From NCBI GenBank assembly GCA_964016885.1, contig OZ024758.1:31186001-31250000 (forward strand): a stretch of 64,000 bases of DNA. The letters run 5' to 3'. The translations under genes were made by a program, and so were the position numbers. The notes below the pieces were generated by a model that was given only the letters and a program-made list of their open reading frames with translations, had not been told where the DNA came from and ran no database searches. Below, piece after piece: positions 49,042 to 63,565 of the stretch (the first letter of the stretch is position 1; each line of letters opens with the position of its first letter). Origin of the DNA: Eledone cirrhosa. Lineage: Eukaryota.

Positions 49042-49079
<38 letters not shown>

Positions 49080-49081
<2 letters not shown>

Positions 49082-51723
49082 GGAAAGTTATATTTAAAAT
49101 TGTTGGGTTACAACTAGTAAATATTTATAATATTTATAATATTTATAATATTTATAATATCAAAAACGTATCTCTAGGATCTCGTCGAATAGAAAGATTT
49201 TCGACGAAAAGGCCCAATACTATAATGAAGCATTAGCTAGGGCAGGATATGCTGATAAGATTGTGTACATAGATAATTGTTTCTACTTTTGGCACAAGGC
49301 CAGCAATTACCCAGTACATTACTGGTTCTTTATTTTATCGACCCCGTAAGGATGAAAGGCAAAGTTAACCTCGGCGGGATTTGAACTCAGACCATAAAGG
49401 GACGTAACTATGCTGGAAAGCATGGCGTCCGACTCTCTACTGATACTGCCAATCCACCGTCCTATTGTGTACATAGATAATGATAGACAAACTAAACAAA
49501 GTAACAACTTTTTTAATTACGGCAACAACCTTAACAACTATAATAGAAAGCATTACAATAATTCCAAAGGCCAAAAAAGAAATAGAACTAGGAACATAAT
49601 TTGGTTTGCCCCCCCTTTCTCACTAAACATTAAAACCCACATCGCTAAATTATTTTTCAAAGCTCTTGATAATCGCTTCCCTAGAACACATAGGTATCAC
49701 TCAATTTTCAATAGGCATACAATTAAATTAACCTACTCATCCACCAAAAATTTAGCACAAAATATTAATAGAATAAATAATAGGAACTTAAAACCTAGTG
49801 ATAATAGCATAAATAATATACAAGTTAACAAATGTAACTGTAGAGATAGATCTAAATGTCCGTTAAATAACAACTGCTTAGTTAAAAATATAGTATACAA
49901 TTGTAATGTTAATACTGACTCTAATTCTTTTAACTACGTCGGTTCCACATCGACGGAATTTAAACTTCGCTATAATAACCACAAGAATTCTTTCACAGAT
50001 CCAAGTAAAAAATCTTCAACGGCACTATCAGGCGTACTCTGGCAACTTAAGCTAGATAACGTTAGATATTCGACGGCTTGGATTATAGTCTCAAGAGGGA
50101 TTCCTTTTAATTCATCCTCTGAGACATGTGACCTCTGCGCAGAGGAGATATTCTTTATACTAAAATCTAAAAATTCCCTTAATCTACGGACAAATTTACT
50201 CAGTTGTTGCAAACATAGATTAAACTCAACGTTTAAATATAAATTTAAATTTAAAATGTAGTATATTTAGTTTGATTTATATTTATATGGGAAACTAGCC
50301 GATAAATTTTTGATTCCTTAAATTTTTGATTCCTTCTTTTTATTCTTTTTTTATTGTTTATTTTAATTTTATTTTTATTTAAACATTCCTCAAGAAAAAT
50401 TAAGCTACCCTAAAAGCTGATGCTCCAAATATTTTGAATAAACCTTACACTAGATAAACTTCTATATTAAATATAAGAACACATGTAGACCAATTCGGAC
50501 ATCATAAACTTTTTGAAATGATCTTTGCTAGATGTGATTTGATAGATAATTTTTTAACTTTGTCTTATAATGAACTTGGCAATATATTGTCAATTAATTT
50601 TGAAGGGTTGATCTTTGTGGTTTATTTTTATTTTTATTTTTATTTTTATTTATTTTTTATTATTGTAGTATTTTATAATATTTTTTATTTTTATTTTTAA
50701 TATCTTTAATATGTAAAAAATTTTTAATACGTAATATATTTTTTAATATGTAATATTTTTAATATGTAATATTCTTTCGTAATATTTTTTTAGTTTTCTA
50801 TTTTATTATTACTTATTATTATTATTATTGTTATCTTTTTATTTTTTTAGTTTTGTTTCTGATATATATTTTATTAGTATATTGAAATCTGCTCTCTATT
50901 TCTGCTTGATAGATAATCTTGTAAAGTAAAGACGGGAATAATAATACACATATATGTATACTCAAATTTTTATACCACATTTTTTATACCACATTGAGAA
51001 TGTTTTCCGTGAACTTAGAGTTTGCAGAGTTGATTTTTTTTAAAAACTAAACATAAGATAATTAATTTTCACACACTATGGATACTTGTCTCATTCAGGA
51101 ATACTGATATTTACAATATGGTGGAAGTTTTATAAATACTTATAAATACTATTACATTAAAACATAGGGTTTTTACGCCTCGAATATATCTGGCTATTTT
51201 TAAATTTTTTCTCTCGCTATTTTTTCTCTCTATATATATCTCCCTTACATTAATACTAGAGCTAAATAAATAAATAAATAAATAAATGTATCATTGATAC
51301 ATTTACTGAACTGACCTCCCACTACCTAATTTTCTATATATATATGTATCTATCTCTATTTCCTCTCTCTCTCTATATATATATATCTTTCTGTTTCTTT
51401 ACATGGAGTTTCTTCTCTTTATCTATCTTTCCATCTCTCTATTTTGTTCCATGCATTTCTTCTTTTTCTTCCTTTTCTTCGTTTTCTGTCTTTCTTTCTT
51501 TTTTCTCTCTTTCTTTCTCTCTGTGTAAAATTTTTTCACTGCCTGTTTTAACCTCTCCAAATGCAAGTCGGTGTTATTACGGTATGTCGAATATATTTAT
51601 CTATAAAACTGTTTATATTGTATTTTGTCTGAGGAAGGCATAGCATATTGTTAATATGATATCCCCGAAATATATATAATGAAATAAATATGGTTTTATA
51701 AATATAGTTTCCATTTATTTAAT

Positions 51724-51727
<4 letters not shown>
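49080..51727 (+). mobile_element. 5'-truncated paralogue of the 20264-24363 PLE
   Basis: Starts with an inverted pLTR end (49080-49130). 49162-50261 matches the C-terminal part of the ORF, followed by the 3' UTR and a pLTR with an HHR at 51621-51686. Confidence 0.9.
49274..49463 (-). mobile_element. SINE inserted in the PLE with ~18-bp TSD
   Basis: attgtgtacatagataat occurs at 49260-49277 and 49464-49481. Confidence 0.9.
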
Positions 51728-51774
<47 letters not shown>

Positions 51775-51998
51775 GGGTGGAAATTTTTCAGCAAGAAGGA
51801 AAATTTATCCAAACATTTGATTTTGATTTTAATTTTAAACCCTTCGTTTTTAACTCCTATTAACTCTTTTTATTTTTTTACACTCAACATTTGATAAGAT
51901 GGATTTTAATAACACATCGAAACCAGTAATACTTCATATATTTTATATATATTATAAAAAAACTTTTTTTAAAAGAATTGTCCCTCTCATTTTTTTAA

Positions 51999-52170
51999 TA
52001 ATTGTTTCTACTTTTTGCACAAGGCCAGCAATTAACCAGTACATGACTGGTACTTTATTTTATCGACCCCGTATGGATGAAAGGCAAAGTTAACCTCGGC
52101 GAGATTTGAACTCAGAATGGAAAGGGCCGTAACTCTTTGCGTCAAAACATGGCGTCCGACTCTCTACCGA
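51999..52170 (-). mobile_element. tRNA/Deu-Nin SINE
   Basis: Same family as 10576-10759. Confidence 0.8.
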
Positions 52171-52699
52171 TTTTTTAATAATGTTATCTTTTCAATAATG
52201 TCACTTTGACGAATCAAAAAAGAAAAACACACCCTTAAATATATTTCCCGTGTTATTTCCAACTTCACCTTTTCTCTCTCTATCTATCTATCTATCTATC
52301 TATCTTTGACGAAAGAAATTTTAGCCTGATAGTGGCGTTTAGAACCCACATAAAAGAAGACTTTTCCGGATGCTATAAGCGGCTAGAGATTTGAAGAACG
52401 CAGAGACCTTTCCGGGTACTATAAGCAATTATAGATTTGCGAGATTGAATCCATTAACAATAACACTAACAACGAAAGTCGTTATATACAGTAGATCGTA
52501 CTGTTGCTACCTGCGATTGTGTACTGTATGACATGTGGCTCCACCTTAACATTGAAAATGTATGAATCCTGCCAACAAATGGAGTATTAAAATAATGGAT
52601 TTGTTGACTAATTTTACATACAAACACTTCATATATATATGAAATAGTTACACTCCACCAGAATTCCATCGTTCTTAATGCGTTCAAAGAATAGAATGA

Positions 52700-55600
52700 A
52701 CTAAATCTGGAAAAAGAAGCTTTCAAAAAAGAAATCAAATGAAAAATATTTGCAACCAATTGCTAAGTCAAAGAAAACAGGCATACTGGAAAGCCTTGAG
52801 GAATGAAAACCTAGCGGACACATACGAGATATGGCGAAGTAAGGAACAAGTTATCCTCCCGAGAAAATTCCGAATTAAAGAGATAACATCGGAATCAAAT
52901 GAAGAAACCAAAATAAGACTAAATCTAGCACTCCAGAAACTTGAGACAGAAATCACTTTACTCCGTCTAAGAGTGACAAAATTCAAAGGAAAACTTGAAA
53001 AGTGCAACTCCACCATTAGAGAAGAAATAAACAAAAGAAGCAGCGGCAATGTACGGGAAAACCCCTTTGACGAATGGAAAACCGATACAACCAGATAGGA
53101 ATTAAAATCAAAGAAAATATTGGAGTCAAGAACACAATGGCTACAAGAATATGAAAAGAATTATGGGAAAGACCAAATAAAATCCAAAAAACAAGCCCAT
53201 CAGAAAACCCTCAAATTCAGGAATATTCAAAAACACAAGAAATGAAGAACTCTCACGCAATAAACAAACATCAACCAGAGATCGGAGAATCCCAAACACA
53301 CAATTATACAGAAACCAAATACTAAACACTAGAACCAGATACAACTACTGTCAAAACCCCCAAGAACAATTACCAGCGGCAAAATCAAAGACATCTGAAG
53401 ACTGAACGGAACAACAGAAGAACCAGACCCCCCATATATCAACAACCAAACAAGATCCTACCGTTCAGAAAATTATCAACATGAAATACCAGCGAACAGA
53501 ATATTTCACCACAACAGAAACACCGCTATCTCAAATAGGAATTATTTTTTAGGACAAGATGCCTTCCACCAAATGAAAGAAAAAATTAAAAAAACACAAC
53601 CCTTCAAGTGGCACTTGACGAGAAAACCCCAAAGGAACCAAAAATAATCAACTTATCAGCCAAGAAACTAACACAACAGGAAATGAAATTGTTAGAAAAT
53701 GGGCTAAAGTTCACACCCACTCCAAAAGCAGATCAAGCCGACCTTATAAAAGGCACAGAAGATTCTTGTCGAAAATTACGTCTAGAATTCTTCTGGGGTG
53801 TAGAATACTAGGAGGAATCACTAGTAAGAAACACAAAAACTTCGAAACCCCCGTTAAATAGAGATAAACACCTGGAGGAATACATAACCTGCCTACGACA
53901 ACGGGCACAGTCAAATATTGCAGAAACGAAACACAAACGCAACATTCTTACAGACCAACTGCTAGCACTAAACAAGCTACAAAAAAAACTCCTCAATAAT
54001 CATAAAAGAAACTGACAAAGGTGGAGCAATCGTCATCATGGACAAAAGCCACTACAAGGATATAGTCCTGGAACAGTTGAGTAACGAGGGTTTTTACAGG
54101 GTTTTTATCAGCAAAAACGAAGAAAGAAAATCAATGATTAAAGTAGCTAAACTGACAATAAAGTACCAAAATAACCTCACGCTAAAGGAAATCAACCAAC
54201 TTCGAAATGAAAACCAGCAATTTTTATGAATTGCCGAAAGTTCACAAATTCAGAGAAATTCAAAACAACATAAAAGGCAAAAATACATCATATGTTGTAC
54301 CAAAACCGACATATTTAAAATCACGCCCAATTATTGCTGATCCAGCCTCAATCACATAACGTCTAAGCAACCTATTAGACATCATACTGAAAAGGTGGAG
54401 CATCCAGAGATGATATGGAATTCCCAAACTATATCCCCAGAAAGTACACCAAGAAACAATCTTAATCAGCTTTAACATAACAAGCTTATATACGAACATC
54501 CCGCAGGACTTAGGAATTGAAGCTGTTGACTTCTGGATTACAAAACACCCAGACTTCATTTCAGAGAGATTCCCCAAAACGTTTATTTTGGAAGGACTCA
54601 AATTAGTATTGGAGAACAACCACTTCCTTTTTGATAAAAGGGACGGCCATGAGCACCAAAATAGCCCCAACATATGCAACACTCGTTATGGGTCACCTAG
54701 AGGCAAAATCATATTCCGAGCTGCAGGAAACATTCAGTCATGACTTCGCCACCTACATTAATCACAACTGGAAATGTTACCTAGACGACTTCTTCATCTT
54801 CTGTAATAGGAGCCAAGAAGACCTGCAAAGATTTTATTCCATCATAAACAGTCTTCACGAAGCAACAAAACTTACCATGGAATTTAATAAAAAGGAACTA
54901 CCGCTTCTGGATATCCTTATTATAAAAGACGAGGAAAATATCAAAACAGACCTATTTTACAAAACAACAGACACACACCAATACTTGAATTTCCGATCAG
55001 CACACCCTTCACATACCAAAAGGAACATTCCCTTGTACATGGCAAGACTCATTTGCACCATAGTAACACACCCCACACTACTGGAAAAAAGATTATATTA
55101 ACTAAAAGAGTTCCTTAAAAGATAAGAATATCCGGTGAACCTCATCAGTGTGGCCATCTCCAAAGCCCAAAACATCCCAGTGACAACACTGAAAAAAACA
55201 AACCAACAAAATAAAAGGGAAAAAACAGTTATCCCTTTTGACTCACAATCTAAGAAACTTCAACATTGTGAAAGCCGCCGCTAAACAATATCTCCCGATT
55301 CTCCAGCAGTCCCCCAAAATGAATGCACTCATAAAAGACTCACAAATAATATATAGAAGACACCAAGCACCCAACCTAAAAAAACTTATTAACAAGGCGA
55401 AATTTATTTCTAACAATGAAACAATGCAAGTTAATAAATGTGGAGACCCTCGATGCGGAACTGGTGAACACATTGAAGAGGGTGAACAAATCTCCTTTAA
55501 AAACAATGAGATTTTCCAAGTTAATGCAAACATGAATTGCAAAACAAAAAACTTAATTTACTGTGCTACCTGCCCACAATGTAAAGGAAACTACATTGGT

Positions 55601-55810
55601 GAAACCGGAACGGGTCTACATAACAGAGTTCGAGTACATAAACAACAAATTAGAGATCCCTCTGTCAGAAACACCACATGCAGTGAACACTTCGCTTCAT
55701 GCAGAAAGGGAAAATTCGCAATCTTCCCCTTCTTTAAGATATGGTGGGAAAACGAACATTCCGGAAATATAGAGAAGAATTCTTCATTAGAAACCACAAA
55801 CTACTACTGA
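52700..55810 (+). pseudogene. Decayed Neptune-like PLE ORF (RT + GIY-YIG)
   Basis: GLKFTPTP, AMSTKIAP, CYLDD, TDTHQYL, CGDPRC and IYCATC..C..YIGET. It has many stops and frameshifts and is homologous to 27232-29411. Confidence 0.88.
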
Positions 55811-56215
55811 ACACAAAAAAAAATGATATTCCATCTTCAAATAACGGGATTCTCTCCTTTTTTTAAAAAAGAATCGCGTATTGAAAAAAGAAATATATCC
55901 AAATAGAAGTGGAGGATTCTCACACTTTCAAACATTGTTGAAGAGAACAACCCTCGGAGGTACACTAACATTTTACTAATCTCCACCCCCACCCCCATTG
56001 TATATGTAAGCGTGAATACTTGAGTAGATGTGTATACGTGTGTGTGTAGATGTGTATGTATGTATATGTATATATGTATGTAGGTGTACAGGTGTGTGTG
56101 TGTGTATGTATGTATGTGTGTATATGTACGAATATGTGCATGTGCATGTTTGTATATATTTATGTATGTGTACATATATATATATGTGTGTGTATAGATA
56201 TAGATATGTATATAT

Positions 56216-56787
56216 AATAGGATTGGTGCTCTGAAATAGCGATGTAAACATGAATGTATGTATAGTGTATATGATAATATACCGTATGTTTAATTAAAAA
56301 CATTTTGAAGACCTTGCGCTATTATTTTAAAGTAGTGACTATTTCACTTACTTCTTTTTTCGGCAATGGAAGGGAGAGAAGCTGATTGTTGGTGTTCCTC
56401 AGAGCATCGTACTCCCCGCCTTTGCCGAAAATTATAGAGGCTGGATTCTTATAGAATTCCAGTAATAATCTGGAACTGATTATACAGAGCGATTGCCGGT
56501 CCAGCAAAAATAAAAAAATAGGATTGGTGCTCTGAAATAGCGATGTATACATGAATGTATGTATAGTGTATTTGGTAATATACCGTATGTTTAATTAAAA
56601 ACATTTTAAAAACAATTTTCGGCAAAGGAGGAACACCAACAGTGTGAAACAGAATCTGTCAGCTTCTCTCCCTTCCATTTCCGAAAAAAGAAGTAAGTGA
56701 TATAGTCACTACTTTAAAAATAACGCAAGGTCTTCAAAATGTTTTTAATTAAACATACGGTATATTGCCAAATATACTATACATACC

Positions 56788-56790
<3 letters not shown>
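56216..56790. mobile_element. Tandem (~301 bp) plus inverted HHR unit related to 19768-20178
   Basis: 56216-56306 is repeated at 56517-56607 and inverted at about 56660-56790. It has two complementary half-deleted HHRs. Confidence 0.75.
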
Positions 56791-56840
<50 letters not shown>

Positions 56841-56847
<7 letters not shown>

Positions 56848-57290
56848 ATATTAACAAATGGAAACTATATTTATAAAACCATATTTATTTCATTATACAT
56901 ATTTCAAGGGCCACCAAGGCAGATTATGGTGCGCTTTCATCAGAAAAATATAATATAGATTAGTTTTATAAATAAATATTGACGTACCCTGAAAAAATGC
57001 TACCTTCACGGTTGGAGTCTCCTGGATACTCCAACCGTGAAGGTTGCATTTTTTCAGGGTATGTCAATATTTATTTATAAAACTAATCTATATTATATTT
57101 TATCTGATGAAAGCGCACCATAATCTGCCTTGGTGGCCCTTGAAATATGTATAATGAAATAAATATGGTTTTATAAATATAGTTTCCATTTGTTAATATA
57201 TTGTATATTTACTCCAATAATTTGTTGAGTGCTTTATATCAGTTATAAAAATATTTTGCTTGCTGTAGCCCAACAAATTAAATATAACCT

Positions 57291-57291
<1 letters not shown>
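56841..57291. mobile_element. Asymmetric palindromic pLTR element with HHR in both arms
   Basis: Arms 56841-57018 and 57028-57206, plus a unique 3' tail to 57291. The HHR at 57096-57161 reads tattttat-CTGATGA-aagcgcacca..tggtggccctt-GAAA-tatgta-TA-atgaaata; its mirror is at 56886-56950. Confidence 0.88.
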
Positions 57292-57346
<55 letters not shown>

Positions 57347-58372
57347 CGAAGGAAATGTGGTAAGGAACCAGGTGGACCATAACGCACCAAAGTACTCAAT
57401 ACTTAGGGTAGTAGAGTGGGTAATAGGAACAAGTAAGACCCCGACGGCTGAGCTCAAGCCGTTTCGACGGCTAATTCTGGACTATATATGTGTGTGTGTG
57501 TGTGGACACATATATGTGTGTGTATGTATATGTATATGGGCTGTATGTATGTGAAGTAAATATGTGACCTAGCATGATCTCCCACCTTCCCTCCCAAACC
57601 ACCATCCTCAACATACATTTCTATCAACAAATATTCCAAAACTAACCTTGTTTTTCTCTTTTTACTGTCATCCCATTTTTATCAAAAGACATGTATCTTA
57701 CACCTCATTAACCCGCCACCCCACCAGAACCACACCCAAATTCATATTTAATATAGAGAATTGTTGAAGTTATTCTTTATAAATTTATGATAGTTGATTT
57801 AACTATAAGGAAAGAATTTGATAAACATCTGGCCACTATATTCACCAAAGGTCGTTTATTGAAATGGAACCAGCAGGAGGGCACTTTGAAAACCCTCCTT
57901 AAAACCCTCCTGAAAACCCACTTTCTAAAACACTCCTTAAATACCCCAACACCTCCCAACTCCACTCCCAATCAATTATCTTGCTCTTACCATTCACTAT
58001 TTTCTGTATATATATGGTTTAATTCCTTTAAATCTTCATCAACACTCCTTCACTCCCACACTCATTACCCCCCCCCCCCACACACACACACCCAAATCTC
58101 TTATATATAGAGTCACACATCACAACCCAACCTGAGATCAGTTTGACTATCGCCACCGACGAATGCAAGAAAGTTCTCCAGCAAAGTTAACCGGGAATGT
58201 TTTTAAAAAATCTCCCCACCGAAGTTAACAAAGAACTTACTACACCTACAAAACCAAATTGTCAAATTATAATATTATAAAATTAAATTAAATTGTTTAG
58301 AACTACAAGTGAAGTCATTCTTTTCCCTTTTTTAAATACACCTAACTGTACCAAGGATTTCACACATTTTCC

Positions 58373-58455
<83 letters not shown>

Positions 58456-58537
58456 TTATATTATTTGTTAGTTTCAGAAGATCCCGCTAAGGGTGAAAGC
58501 AGCGATACTTTACTTAAACTTTAATCTGTTATTTTGA

Positions 58538-58569
<32 letters not shown>

Positions 58570-58628
58570 AAAGGTAAACAGAAATAACAACACAATCGGT
58601 ACAGTATATGGAAGGTACATTAATATAT

Positions 58629-58723
<95 letters not shown>

Positions 58724-58843
58724 GGGTAATATTAAATATTATCCAATTACAAGTATGAGAGTAGCTCAATGTAAAATAACAAATATAATACAGAGCCGAA
58801 ATACTTCATAAATAACAATAAAGAGTGTTTAAGAACATTTAAT

Positions 58844-58889
58844 TATTAACGATCGTTTCATTCAAGCCCAATGCCAGTTCATCGGAGTA
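58844..58889 (-). ncRNA. Degenerate hammerhead-like motif, CCGATGA (U4C) core
   Basis: tact-CCGATGA-...-GAAA-cgatcg-TT-aata. 58879-58924 is mirrored at 60309-60354. Confidence 0.45.
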
Positions 58890-59088
58890 CAAATCCAAAG
58901 TTAAAACACAGATAAACTTGTCAAAGAACATTCTGGGGATACCGTGTATGGGAAGAAGGCATAAATAATTATTAAGAGTGCAAAAATACATCTTCAAAGT
59001 ATATTTTTACTATAATTATAATAAAAAAAGTTCAACTCCATCTTTCAGTCCTAAGTATACAGATAATCTATTATACTTCAAATGTAAT

Positions 59089-59270
59089 AATTGTTTCTAC
59101 TATAGGCACAAGGCCAGCAATTACCCAGTGCATTACTGGTACTTTATTTTATCGACCCCGTAAGGATGAAAGGCAAAGTCAACCTCGGCGGGATTTGAAC
59201 TCAGATCGTAAAGGGACGTAACTATGCTGGAAAGCATGGCGTCTGACCCTCTACCGATATTGCCAATCCA
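59089..59270 (-). mobile_element. tRNA/Deu-Nin SINE
   Basis: Same family as 10576-10759. Confidence 0.85.
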
Positions 59271-61005
59271 CATAATATCCGCTGGGTGCAGTCAGCAAAA
59301 TAAATGTTAAAATGTTACACTGTTGTTATTATTAATACTTAATCAAACCAATCGAAATGATTAATATTGAGAAAATGACCAGCAAAGTAAGATCCAATAT
59401 GTATATATATTTGTTGCTATCATAAGCGAAAGGTACCACATATAAGGATAAGGTGGAGAAAGTCATATATACACGACCCCATCTTAATAGAGTTATTTGA
59501 ATTTATCAAATAACGGTTGATGGAAAAAAAGAGAATGGAAGGGAGGTAATCTATAATCTTTTTTTAAATGTTTATTTAGTAAGTCAAGGTATAATAACAA
59601 CAATAATAAATCTTAGGGCTAATGATTATAGAACTAAAGAAATTATTTTTAAAAATCATTGATAAATATCAAAACTAATAAACTAATTTTTCAATGTATA
59701 TTAAAATTTATCAAAATGATAATCAAAACATTTCTATCAAAAATTTTTTAGCAAAACATTTTTTTAAATTCTCTAAAGAAACTTATTTCTACATATTCCA
59801 AAAATATGGAAGGATAAAAGGAATAACAAATCATCTAAAGATAACAAATAATAACTAATTAATCAATAATGTAATAAATTATGTAAGACTTGAAGGTATA
59901 CTACTGGAAAACCAAAGATAGAGGTAATGGCTAATAATAAAATATTAATAAAAATAAAAATAAAATCAGATCAGGTGGACTTATTAAAGATAATCTAAAT
60001 GTAATAAAATAAAAAAAGATAAATAGATGGCTAAATGTGATGGGATTGTTATAATAGATTGTAATCAAAGTGGAAGTGAATAGGGATGTCATAAGCATAT
60101 AATGATATTAATATTACTAAAGAAATACATATATAGATAAATCTACATTGGTATAAATTAGTTACTAGGTTTAAAGTAGTGAAAAGACTGATGATTGATA
60201 TGTTGACAAGTAGAAAAAATCTCAGATTTGCTATTTAATAAATATAATTTAGAGAAGATAATAGTGTGGGATTCAAGAAGGCAAACGTTACAGAATGTAT
60301 TGGGGGGGTTGACAAGTTTATCTGTGTTTTAACTTTTGATTTGTACTCCGATGATTCAATTTGAATGGGAAATTCCTGTTTCATCTATTTTCTCCGTAAC
60401 CATGAAAAGTACAAAACAATACATGAATTGTTTCTACTAAACCTTCAATTTAAGACACAACCTACATATTTGATAGGACTCCAGCTCACTTCTTCTTCTT
60501 CTTCATCTTCTTTTGCTCCCCCTGGAACATTGGGCTGCGACCCACCCCCACACGACGCCATGTTCTGAGTCTGCTTTTCAACTCCACCTGTCCACAAAGT
60601 AAGATTTACTTGCATATCCCCGCTCATATAAACACATAAATACATGCATACTTACATTACAGTTGATATTTTTTTTATTAAAGCGTTTTCATATTATATA
60701 TATATATAGTGATGAAACATAAGTCAATTGCATGAACTCACAATCCTTTATTTACTGCTTTATTTGTATGAAATTGTAAATAAGACAAAAGTATTAGAAC
60801 AGGGGGAAATAACTCACCGAACGCGATAGTTTTGGGGCCCCAGGGACCACATTTTTCAAGTTAGAGATTTGAAACCTCGTCTATTTGCTTCCTTGGCACT
60901 TTTTAGATAGGTGTGTAATTTTTTATGTCAGTCCGACCACGTCTACTACCATTTAACCGTGCACATCTGAATTTCAACCACCACCCATTTCACAAATATA
61001 TATAA

Positions 61006-63383
61006 CACTGGTCAACAAGTATTTTTCATCAAGCATATATTAAGGTGTACTTAGTGTAGTTTTTAATGCTGAATTCAAATATACAATTAGTTTTTTGACA
61101 TCACGTACATTTTTCAAGATGAGAAAGTTTTTTGGTTTTAACTAATGACGTGTATGCATGTATTCCATTTACATCATGGAAACATACCTTTAAAATAAAC
61201 TACATTATTCATTGCTGAATAGTTCAGATGCAATATTTCATCATCTTAAATTTACCAATCAAGTTTTTTCTGATGAAATAGGTATTTCCACATCTCAAAT
61301 TGTCCAGTCATAATTGGTCTAATGAAATATTACATCTCAAATTCAATATAAGTATAACTGTTTGTATCTATTTCCTTACTTGTTTTACAGTGTTAACAAT
61401 GTCAAGACAGTGTAGAAATCGTCTTGGTGTGTTTTGTTGTCTGTGGACAATTTATTGTGAAAGCTCAAAAACGTACAATAACACCAGAGACCAAGAAGAT
61501 TTATAAGCTCTACTTTGACTGTCCTCTTGGAGATCAGGACAAGTTATGGGCACCACATTTTATCTGCTCAGCTTGCTCAAATGGCTTACGTGACTGGCTC
61601 AATAAGAAGAGGAAGTCCATGCCTTTTACCATTCCAATGATATGGAGGGAGCCGAAAGACCATTTCAATGACTGCTATTTTTGCAAAGTAAATGTCACAG
61701 GATTTTCTATGAAGAATAAACACAAAATTGTGTATCCCAATTTGGATTCTGCAATGAGACCTGTGCCTCACAATGGAAGTCTACCAATTCCAGTTCCACC
61801 AAATGATGGTATTCAAACATCAGATGATGATGTTGACTGTCCCGATAGTGCTGCTGAGGAAGATTACATGGCTTATGACGATAGCTTTGAACCTCAGATA
61901 TTTTCCCAAACTGAACTGAATGACCTTGTCAGAGACCTATCCCTCTCAAAAGATAAAGCAGAACTGTTGGCACCAATACTGAAGGAGAAGTATCTGCTAG
62001 AGCAAGGTGTTCGTATAACTTATTTTCGGCAGAGAAATGTGGTTCTACAAACGTGTTTTTCTGTTGAAGGCCCGCTTTGCTTTTGCAGTAACATCGATGG
62101 ACTTTTCGAATGTTTATCACAAAATCATGATCCTGCAGAATGGCGTTTGTTTACTGACTCTTCAAAACGAAGCTTAAAAGCTGTACTTCTCCATAATGGT
62201 AATTTGAAGCCCTCCATTCCTATTGCACACTCCGTTCATATTCATGAATCATATGAGAATATGGAACTTTTACTTCATGCCATTGCCTATGAAAGATACT
62301 CATTGAAAATATGTGGAGATTTAAAAGTCATTGGAATGTTAATGGGAATGCAGTCAAGTTTCACAAAATACTGTTGTTTCTTGAGTCTATGGGATAGTCG
62401 GGCAACTAACAGACATTATTCGGAATCAAAGTGGCAGACAAGAACATCATACCAGCCAGGACTGTCTAGCGTCAAGAATGCACCTCTTATAGATCCATGT
62501 AATGTCTTATTGCCTCCTTTGTACAAAGCTTGGGCTGATGAAACAGTTTTTAAAGACACTAAGGAAGAGAAATGCCAGAGGGTTTGAATATATTGTAGAA
62601 AAGTTTCCCAAAATCATACAGGCGAAGTTGAAGAGGGTATCTTTGTCAGACCCTAAATTAGAGAAGTACTCAAAGATGTCAAGACAACACTGGATGAACT
62701 GGACACTTCAAGACAACACTTCAAGACAACACTGGATGAACCGGAACTGCCTGGAATGCTTTCAATTTGATCTGTGAGAAATTCTTGGGCAACAAGCAAT
62801 GGTCTACAAAGATGGCATCAAGAATCTTCTGAAATATTACTCAGCAATGGGTTGTCGCATGTCAATGAAAGTTCACTTCTTGGACTCCCATCTGGATTTC
62901 TTCACAGATAACCTTGGAGCAGTGTCTGATGAACATGATGAAAGATTTCACCAAGACATTAGTGCTATGGAGAAACGGTACCAAGGCTTCTAGAATGACA
63001 GTATGCTGGCTGACTACTGTTAGACACTTTGCCGTGATCAACCAGATCAGGAACACCGCAGGAAATCCAAATCACAATGTTTTTAACTCCGTTGTTCTAA
63101 CTTGGTCTGTTTTGTCGGACCCATTTTTTGTGTATTCACTCTCTGTAGAATAATAGTGATGATTTTTAACTCAAACTCATTTACTTTCTAAAAATAATAT
63201 GTCCTTATTTATTACGTTAATGATTTCATATCTACAAATATGTAAATATGTGCATGTATCTACTGAAAGACTGATACATGCTGCATACAAATGGAGTGAA
63301 ATTTTGAAATCAGCACGAGAAATTAGTCTATAAAAGTTGGTTTGCATTCATGAGTATAATACATTTAATTTTGTTGACCAATA
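61006..63383 (+). mobile_element. Chapaev3-like (CMC superfamily) DNA transposon
   Basis: taa|CACTGGTCAACAA ... TTGTTGACCAATA|taa, i.e. an imperfect TIR with a 3-bp TAA TSD. There is also a subterminal IR, tgctgaattcaaa/tttgaaatcagca. Confidence 0.75.
61399..63075 (+). pseudogene. Frameshifted transposase
   Basis: CG..LGDQDK.WAPH..C..C, WREP..H..DCYFC, WRLF.DSS, CGDLK, MSMKVHFLDSH and SDEH.ERFHQDI. Confidence 0.8.
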
Positions 63384-63384
63384 T

Positions 63385-63557
63385 AATTGTTTCTACTTTT
63401 GGCACAAGGCCAGCAATTATTCCAGTACATTACTGATACTTTATTTTATCGACCTCGTAAGGATGAAAGGCAAAGTGAACCTCGGCAGGATTTTAACTCA
63501 AACTATAATGGGCGTAAACTCTACGCTGCAAAGCGTTCGACCTTCTACCGATACTGC
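63385..63557 (-). mobile_element. tRNA/Deu-Nin SINE (diverged)
   Basis: Same family; it abuts the transposon end. Confidence 0.75.
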
Positions 63558-63565
63558 ATAACAAT

